Source: Octopus sinensis (lineage: Eukaryota). Taken from it: DNA of 64,000 nucleotides. The translations under genes and the position numbers were made by a program. The stretch lies in the NCBI RefSeq assembly GCF_006345805.1, contig NC_043001.1, positions 106,268,001-106,332,000 of the forward strand, read 5' to 3'. Under the pieces are notes generated by a model. It worked only from the letters and a program-made list of their open reading frames with translations, was not told the DNA's origin and searched no databases. Positions 55,211 to 64,000 of the stretch are shown here, piece by piece (the first letter of the stretch is position 1; every line of letters starts with the position of its first letter).

Positions 55211-56292
55211 TCTAAAAATATATCTACTGGAGATGTGCACAAAGCACAGCTGAAACACAGACTGTGGTAGAGCTTCCAGATCCAGAAGGTTTCTGTTGCT
55301 ACATTCCAGAATCTGTGTGACTTTTTAACATCATGTTTCTGAACAATGCAATCTAACATCCTTGTCACAGGCTTAACGTATTTTCTCACCCCTGTTATTC
55401 GCTCGCTGTAAAATTCTCTGCATCTTGGACTACCCCGGTTATACACAAACTGCTACCAAGGACACCGACTCATCTCTTTGTGTCGGGTGTCTTTGATACA
55501 TTGTCAGTTGAACTTTTGCTCTCTGAAACTCCCTCCTTGCAAAGTTGGTTCCATCTGTTTCGAGAATTCCTTGAGAAAGATTAACCGCATTTTGGAGAAT
55601 GTAAGAAGACCGTGGATATGACATCTTCATCCAAGCGTAAAAAATAGAAAAAAGGCACATAAATACAATGATTTGTCTTATCAGCTTGATACTGACATAT
55701 TCATACGTTTTGATAAAGTTGTATACGTTTTATAGACATACAACTATTCACTTGGTGTACATTTGGTGATTAATATGCAAAAGTATTAAATATATGAATT
55801 TCTTTAATTAATTCTGTATAAGAAATAAGATTTAATTCAATTTTGTTGTAGAGATTCTTGTTATACAAATAAAATTTATACCAGAAACAAAAATTATGGC
55901 AGATAATAATTCTAAAATTTTGCCAAAATAATTAAAAATGAATTCCATTTAAAATACTTTCTTGTTGAGATATTCTAACTTTTTATTCTTTTTCAAGTTT
56001 CAAAGATCATACAGAAAGTGTTTTATGGAAAAGATTTTAACCGAGAAATAACTACTAAAGAAGTGATCACATTTTATCGAAATGTTATCCGAAAATAAAA
56101 AGCTTATTTCTAAGAATTTAATCTAAATAAAAATGAAATTCTATTTCTAAACATCGTCTTTTCTTATTGACGTTTATGTTAGCACATACATTTCCGGTCA
56201 TAACATCGTGTTCTGGGCATGGCTCTAGGTGGAATATTTGCAGACGATTTTGCTTTCAAATGACTTTATTATGCTCTATAGTCAGCGACAGT

Positions 56293-56521
56293 GGAGGCGC
56301 GTGGTTTAGTGGTTAGGGTGTTAGCATCATGATCGCAAGATTGTGGTTTCGATTCCTGGACCGGGCGATTTCTTGTGTTCTTGAGCAAAATATTTCATTT
56401 CACGTTGCTCCAGTCCACTCAGGTGGCAAAAATGTGTAACGCTGCGACGGACTGGCGTCTCGTCCAGCTGGGGAACACATACGCCATTGAAACCGGGAAA
56501 CTAGGCATTAAAAAAGGGCGC
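56293..56521 (+). mobile_element. tRNA-derived SINE (family B), full length
   Basis: A box 'ggaggcgcgtggtttagtggttagg', B box 'ggtttcgattcc', core and 'aaaagggcgc' end. Confidence 0.85.
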
Positions 56522-58898
56522 CTTTATTTTTTTTTAATATGCAGCGACAAGAACTTTTTAAAATTCACTGAGGTTGTTCGGCTTTTTTCTTTTTATCTTC
56601 CTTTTACGCATATTTGGAAACAATAATAATTTGAATATCGAAACAGAGATCTGTTTCACGAAAAGTGAATTAAGTATCATTTTATTTAGAATTTTTATTT
56701 AAACTGTTTAGTGTCTCCACTTCAGATATTATCCTTTTATTGCGTCTGATAAATCTATAAATTTATATTGCCACAGCTACGGGGTTTTAATTTGGTGTTA
56801 TAAATCCCGTCATTGTACATTTTCTAACAGAAAAATATTTAGATTACTGTAGAAAGGAGCCATCATGAAGCTTACCGGGAGAAATGTTATGCCTTATCTT
56901 ACAAAACAAACACTTTTCTCATATGGTTTGGCAAAAATAGAAACATCGCAAAACATAAAATGTAAATACATTCAAATAAAACGAAAATTAAAATCAAATT
57001 TATTTAGGAACACGCTTCAGAAAATTTACACATTTTAAAATAAAAAGAAATAAATTCGATTTCAAAATTATTCTCAGGAAACGAATAGTATTATTTATTT
57101 CAACTGAAAGTAATTGTTAGAGCAAATTTAGCAGAACATCACAGGAGTTATTGAAACTGGGTAGAATTCCATGATTAAAATAACTGAAGAGGTTCAGCGC
57201 TTCTCAGAATTTCTTCAGGGAAGTTCCTATCATAACATATAGAACATTCGCTTTCGAAAAATAAATGTTGGAAGAGTGTACAGAATTAATGGAGTTGCCT
57301 GTGAGGTCTCGATTTAATTTTAGTCATAGTTTAAGGTAATGCATTTTTTAAGAATGATATGATATATTTATAATTATAAACGTATTGATGTCCCCAGTGA
57401 AATAGCCATCAACTGGTGAACTATACATTAAACTCAAATTCGTAGAAGGTCGTGCCACATTGTAATTCTTAATTTAGATTTTTCTATAGTTCTTTCCGCT
57501 CTATTTCGGTTAAATTGTCATCGATCTATTTTTCTGGTAAATGAATTAAAATTTCTGAGTCACTGAAACGTTTCACCAACCAAGCTGTTTCTTTTCTATT
57601 TTTTGTCTTTTGGTAAAGATTTATTAACCATGCAACAATTCTTCAAATACAACATTACATGCATACACTTCTACCCAAACTAAGGCCTCTATTCTAGAAC
57701 TAACAGCCAAACGCCGCTTCCCTTTCACATTACACTGCCGCTTTAAAAACAACGAATGAACCCCTTCCGTAATGAAGTTTTAGATACCTCTAAAAGGACT
57801 GAACATGTAGTTCTGCAACATCTTTTATCATAATTATGTTTGATCATTACTGATCACAAGCTAAGAAATAAAGAACGATACTAATTTCATCGATTTATCA
57901 ATAACGGTAAACAAAACTGAACGCAGTAACATGACAAATCAATAGTATGAGGTTAAAAGTACCTTGTTGCACCGCTTCTGTCAGTGTACACAACATCTCT
58001 ATCTTCCTATATATATCGCTCTCTATCTCTCTCTCTAGATCTCCCCCTTTCTTCCTTACTATCACTCCCTCTCTCTTTCTCCTTCAAATGATGGTTGACC
58101 TTCACTTACACAAGCTTTGGTGCCAGTTTTAGAAGTGTGGATAGGGCATCCGTAGTCTTTTACTGCAAGACCCGGTGCATAACCCACTGACAATAAAAGC
58201 TACTGACGTGAAGTATCAAGACAAGAGAAGTACAATTGTGTACAATGATTATTCACTTAATATAAGAAAGTTCGTTCAGGCCTGACGTTTCTTTATTAAG
58301 TGCTTTAGAGTGTTAAATATATGTAATGCTTGTAATGTCTCGAATATCGGTTGAATTAGTCTGAAAGTAAAAACTGAGCTCGTAATTCTTTTTGAATCAA
58401 TAAACCAGAACGTATATAGAATTTTTATTTTCTTAATAATGCAAAATACTACAACTAAACTTTTTGAGACAATTGTCTAAAATTCAGATTAATTAGACAT
58501 GAAACTTAACACATGTATAATTTCGTAATTGCAGGGGTTTCTATTAAAACTGATAGGATGTATGGAAGTATATGCATTCCAAGATGAGGGTAATAATTTG
58601 GCACGTCGGTAGCTGGAATTTTGCGTCGAGGCACAGTTTTCCAATGAAGCGGGTTATCTGATGTATGAATGTTTTTGGAATATCTTCTGCTCCAGGTAGA
58701 AAAACGAATTAAGAATATTGTATAAGACCAAACCCGGCAATAGGCGTGGCAATACACTTTCTTGAAGCTCCACGGAAGCCAAATTCTAAATTCAATGCGA
58801 CGGTTTTAAGGGAATTATTAATCCCTGATCAACAAACGATTTCCAGAATTTCTTGAAAGTAAATTTTAAAAAAATAAATACATTTATGTCATATATAT

Positions 58899-58948
<50 letters not shown>

Positions 58949-59664
58949 GGTAATTAATAAAGCAGGGCATGGCAGGGTACTACTGCTAACCGATATATAA
59001 ATTTAGCTCCAGTTTGTTTAAATAAATTTACGTGTAGTGATATCAACTTAAAAGTTATTGTTTTATGAATAATAGTAAGCCTTGTTATGATGGAACTTTC
59101 ATGCAGAAAGTTCTCCAGTTATTCAATATTTCAACATTTGATTCAGATTTATAAAAAGTTGGGCTACAAAGGTGTTGGTTTTTATTTATGAAATGAATTA
59201 AGTATCGCGTTATTGCTTATGAAGTATGTTTTGTCTAAAGCCAAAATCATGAACTACTCAGTGAAAATCGCGTTTTTATGACATCAAGAATTCAAACTGA
59301 CTGTTGTAAAGTTGAAGGACATTTTACGCTTATCTTATTAATATTACTACCTCTCGTGCCAAAAACTGCGACACATTTAAAATCAAGGTATTGTTGGTTT
59401 CAAACTGCTTTTGTTCATAACAATCTGCGATCTTCTTTGCAATAGTTTATCGTTGATTCGATAACAGCAAAGCTCTCAAAATGATATTTTCGCACCAAAA
59501 TTGCAAATAGATTCATTATCACTACAACTTCTATAACGAAATCACAAGAGAAACCATTATAAATTAGCTTGCACGAGACTATATCCACAATTAGTTGCTA
59601 ATGTCTTGCGTAAGCAAGAATGTAATAAATTTGCATTTCGTGTCTTGATAATAATAATCACCAA

Positions 59665-59806
59665 TTTCTACAATAAGCACAAGGCCTGAAATTTTGGGGG
59701 AAGGGACTAGTTGATTATATCGATGCTAGTCTTTTACTGGTACTTAATTTACCGACCCCGAAAGGCTGACAAGCAATGGCGACCTGGGCAGAATTTGAAT
59801 TCAGAG
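59665..59806 (-). mobile_element. SINE family A, 3' part
   Basis: 'aagcacaaggcctgaaattttggggg...ctggtacttaatttaccgaccccgaaagg'. Confidence 0.75.
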
Positions 59807-60300
59807 TAGTGGAGCCGGAGACTAGCAAAATACTCTGGGATTTCCGAATCCAAACAGATCAGGTGCTAGGGCATAACAGGCCGGACCTAGTTGTGGTCGA
59901 CAAGATACACCACCTATTCTCCATAGTTGAAGCTGCATGCCCCTTTGATCCACGAACAGTGAAGAAGGAAAGCGAAAAGATAGAGAGTTACAACCCTCTT
60001 AAGTACGAAATAGCCCGGCTATGGAAAATGAAGGTGAAGATAGTGCCAATTATTGTTGGGTCTTTGGGAACAGTATCCGAAGGGATCGAGAGGAATATAA
60101 AGGAAATTGGAATAGCGTGCCCAGTAGAACTGTTAGAAAAGGTGTACCTCCTTGGCACGGCCAGAATTATCAAGAAAGTATTAGATAGCTGAAAAGGATG
60201 GACAACATGGTACGGTAGCTTGCAGGTAGCAAGCCCGCTACGCATGCAAGACTCCAGGAGTTCAAACAAAACCTGCGATAACTGGAAAATAATAGTAATG
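59807..60300 (+). mobile_element. R4/Dong-like element 3' end (restriction-like endonuclease plus 3' UTR), same family as 51800-53560
   Basis: ILWDFRIQTDQVLGHNRPDLVVVDK...EAACPFD...EKIESYNPLKYEIARLWKMKVKIVPIIVGSLG...LLGTARIIKKVL*. The 3' UTR is nearly identical to 53450-53545. Confidence 0.9.
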
Positions 60301-60824
60301 ATTGCTTCAAATTTTGTGGGGCCCACGGCAAGAAAATTTGGAGAGAAGGGGTTAGTCGATTGCATAAAATCCAGGGCTTCACAGATATTTATTTCATCGA
60401 CCTTGAAATGTCAAAGGACAAAGATGAATTCGGAGGAACTTTAACTTCGAACGTAAAGAAGCGGAATAAAAGCAGCACAGCATTTTCTCCGGCACTGTAT
60501 TGATTCAACAAAACACGGACTCTTCATTGTTTATAATTAAGTCACAAGGATGGCAATTTTAGGGAGAGTGGCTAGTTAATTAAATCGGCTCTAGTACTAG
60601 ACTGGTAGTATTTATCGACGACAGAAGAATAAAATAGAAGTGAAATTAATAAATGTAAACATTCGTATACAGTAATATAATCAGTCGACCATCCTCATCT
60701 TCTGTGAAAAAGAAACGAGACAATAACATAAACTGGCTCAAGCTGCTCTGAAGCAACTAAGTTTATATAACCGTTTGTGAGTACACATGCATCTGTGCCT
60801 GGGTATCTGTGTGAGATTTTGACT

Positions 60825-60900
60825 AACCGTATATGTATAGTGGGTCACCAGCTTAGCCAAATCTCTGTGGTCAAGCTGGTGACCCACTATGCATACAGTT
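60825..60900. other. Isolated hairpin: perfect 18-bp core stem, ~30 bp in total, 18-nt loop
   Basis: atagtgggtcaccagctt (60837-60854) and aagctggtgacccactat (60873-60890). Confidence 0.9.
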
Positions 60901-62113
60901 CTAAAATGCCTGTGTATTATGTGCTCATGTTTGCTATTGTGTAATCGTTTATGCAAATATGTCATTTTGTTAAGGCGTTTTCTTCGCAATCATGTCATTG
61001 CACGTTTGATGACACTGAAGGACGGGAAAAGGGCGTTGAGTCAACCAACATCATATGAGTGAATGCTCAAAGAAGGAAAGCATGAGACGTCTATCCGACA
61101 GAATTTGTCATATCTAATTGAAATTTGCTATCTTAGAACTACATCCGTGACATTGTGGGATGTGAACAGTGAAGGGATATTGTAAGCTTTGGAATTTTCC
61201 TCTTGGCACATTGACTCTACATTAATCCACGGGGAGTATTATTTCCTAAACTAGCAGGATCTTCTGAATTTATTGTATGTAATAATATATATCACTACGA
61301 TACATTCACTTTATACGCAGTCAATAAATTATGCAGGCTGTACATAAAATATCTTTACAAACTTAGTTGAGGAAATGTGGAGAATGTAAAGACAATTTAC
61401 GGACCCTCACCCCCACAGTGTTATTATATATACTATTCCATATCTTGCAAAAATATTGAAAGACACGGTTGTAAATTAGAAAGCATTGATATGGTGGTTA
61501 TTGGTATTTTATCTCCGCTAGAAATAATGGATCATGTTAATAATTTAGTCTGACATTGCACCGTGTATACAAAGTCGTCTTGACAGAATTTTTTTTTATC
61601 TCTAACGTATTCGCGTAACGAAACTTTCGCAAATATATATGTATACCTTTGACCTGCCTTTCTACTTTACAACTCAGCGCCCATATATTATCAGATATAT
61701 AGCAGTTAAAACAAAACAAAACACCACACCCGATCTCTCGTCGTATAAACTTTTTAAACACGATGTTCGTGTGTAGGTAACGCGTATATTCATGCATATT
61801 CATGAGTCGAAGGTTTCTTCAATTCACAGAGCTGCTTCGTTGATAGAAATACATTTCATTTTTGATTAAAGATTAAATCCCAAGAAATGATGTAATGCCA
61901 CGACGGCACATGGCCATACTATAAGTTAGAGAATTAGTTTTCTGGTTAAAAGAAAACATTGGAATCGAATGGCACATGGAATTGTAGGATCGATAAAAAG
62001 CAGCAACCGAGAAATAGGAGCAGTTTTCGTTTCGAGTCCCAGTATTTCAAAAAGCTATATTATCATTGTTAATGCTACGGCTATCCTTGCCGTCAACAAT
62101 ATTCTCCTCTAGC

Positions 62114-62117
62114 TCAG

Positions 62118-62172
<55 letters not shown>

Positions 62173-62675
62173 TTCAGTATCCTCATCATCATCTTCAGTA
62201 TCATCTTCATCATCCTCCTCCTCATCATCATCATCCTCATCATTTTCATCATAATCATCATCATCATCATCCTCATCATCATAATCAACATCTTCATCAT
62301 CTCCACCTCTACCATCATTATCATCAGCAGCAGCAGCCTCCACATCATCATCAACATCATCATTCTCACTGTAATCATCATCATCATCATCCTTATTATC
62401 ATCATCATTCTCCTCCTCATCATCATCATCATCATCTTCAGTATCCTCATCATCATCTTCATCATTGTCATCATCATCAACATCATCCTCATCCTCATCA
62501 TCATCATAATCATCATCATCATCACCATCCCCATCACTTTCACCATCTCCACCTCCACCATCATTATCATCAGCAGCAGCAGCCTCCTCATCATCATCAG
62601 CATCATCATTCTCACTGTAATCATCATCATCATCATCACCACCATCACCATCATCATCATCATCGTCAACAACAT
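62114..62675. repeat. Degenerate (CAT)n trinucleotide tract with an internal duplication
   Basis: Visible; gives the poly-Met, poly-Asp and poly-Ser ORFs. Confidence 0.95.
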
Positions 62676-63379
62676 CGTATATAACCTAATCATTAAATAA
62701 ATGTTTGCAAGAAAAACAATATTCTTTTACGTTTAATAATCACGTTAGTTTCAAAACTAAATTAACGAAGTCAGTTTCCAAACAGAATAAAAGAATAAAA
62801 CGGACTTGCTTTCACCGCTTTACTCACTTTCCATTTCTTCACCATCAACGCCCCCTATTTCGCAGTCAGTTTGTTTTCCCTGCTCTTTATTTTTCTTTGT
62901 TATTTTCTCACTACTGTTTATCATTGTATCTTCTTTTTCTTTTTTCTTTTCTTGTTGTTATATTTTTTATCTCTTCGCATTTCTTCGTAAATGGAGAGAG
63001 TTTCTTATGTTTAATGAGGTTTCAATGCAATGATAAAATCTTGCTTTGAGGTCGGTCACGATACGAAGATAAACTTGGAACTTGCAATTTATTTCAAATC
63101 ACACAGAAACACACAACTTAGCACACAAACAAACAAACACACGCACACATACACAGGGACGGACGAACACAAGGACACACACATATGGACACATATGCAC
63201 ACATATATGTATACATAGATGCACGTGTCTTATGCGTCTATGTATATGTATACGTGTATATATGACTGCATGTGTATACAGAGACAAATGAGGAGAGAGA
63301 GACAAATGAGGGGAGAGATGGTCAAAAAGGAAGAGAGAAAGAGAGAGAGAAAGGAGAGAGAGAGATATGGTAATAGAGC

Positions 63380-63391
63380 TATACTGTTATC

Positions 63392-63436
<45 letters not shown>

Positions 63437-63540
63437 GTACACAGACAGACAGACAGACAGAGGGACAGAGAGATAGATAGATAGATAGACAAATATATAT
63501 ACAGAGCGAGAGGGACAGATAGATAGATAGATAGATAGAT
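63380..63540. repeat. (GATA)n/(GACA)n tetranucleotide tract
   Basis: Visible. Confidence 0.95.
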
Positions 63541-63870
63541 ATGTTTCTTTATTAGCCACACAGGGCTGCACACAGATAGAACAAATTACAAGGTAGAGCT
63601 TTTCTTTTGAAGGTATTAAAAAAAAAAAAAAAAAAAAGGAAGGGGGAGGTTCGATCAAAAGGGATCGTAAAAGGAGAGAAAGAGGACAAAAATAAGGGGG
63701 GTTAAAAAAAAAAAAAAAAGGGGGGGGGAGGAAAAAAAAATGATCAATAGGGATCGTTATCACAGAAATGTCAATATGAAGTGTAAAGGGGAGGACAGGT
63801 GAGGTTTACCCGTGGAAAGAAAAGCCTGCGGAAAAGACCACGGTAACCTCGGTCAATGAAGTCACATTTT
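63541..63870 (-). mobile_element. Probable LINE 3' UTR (possibly L1/Tx1-like) ending in AATAAA plus (TCTA)n
   Basis: Minus strand: pyrimidine/U-rich tract, then 'tctgtgtgcagccctgtgtggctaataaaagaaacata' joined to (TCTA)n. No ORF here to confirm the clade. Confidence 0.5.
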
Positions 63871-64000
63871 ATATTTCTTTTTTTTTTTTTTTTTGCAATT
63901 AAGCAACTCTCTGTTTTCGATTTCTGGGTTCATAGGACTATGCTCAAGGTGGCTTCGTCATTCATACGTGCCATTCTTGCTACATTCACCCATCTTTTTT

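Noticed and set aside
54853-55660. 197-aa and 73-aa minus-strand ORFs
   Set aside because: The longer ORF runs through a SINE; the rest has only a faint retroelement-like flavour and no assignable motif.
58535-58589. Candidate 55-nt plus-strand exon (GFLLKLIGCMEVYAFQDE)
   Set aside because: Splice-like dinucleotides only; no homology recognised.
59776-60192. 138-aa ORF as a standalone nuclease gene
   Set aside because: The start codon and first ~10 codons come from an antisense SINE fused to a 5'-truncated retrotransposon end; a chance chimera.

Overview
AT-rich, microsatellite-dense eukaryotic DNA, most likely from an octopus or other coleoid cephalopod (inferred from the repeat landscape, not from a database hit). 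I find no supportable host protein-coding gene; the window reads as intergenic or as a large intron. It is filled with tRNA-derived SINEs of several families, decayed non-LTR retrotransposons (R4/Dong-like, RTE, CR1, L1/Tx1), mariner relics and (TA)n/(CA)n/(CAT)n repeats. The most notable content is a set of hammerhead-ribozyme (HHR) elements linked to Penelope-like elements (PLEs). (1) A near-intact PLE (RT plus C-terminal GIY-YIG, Naiad-like) sits in (TA)n as a longer-than-unit insertion with a twin-priming-type inversion (17985-24677) and a type I HHR in each copy. (2) A 3.2-mer non-coding array of a ~730-bp unit, also in (TA)n (27402-29752), has units that carry all three HHR strands in reversed, non-circularly permuted order. 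(3) A head-to-head pair of tRNA-headed SINEs each ends in a minimal PLE-type HHR (3546-4035). There are also two near-perfect local palindromes and one pre-miRNA-like hairpin. Frequent 1-bp indels between repeat copies suggest noisy long-read consensus, so frameshifts and palindromes need read-level confirmation. All ribozyme folds and alignments were done by eye.
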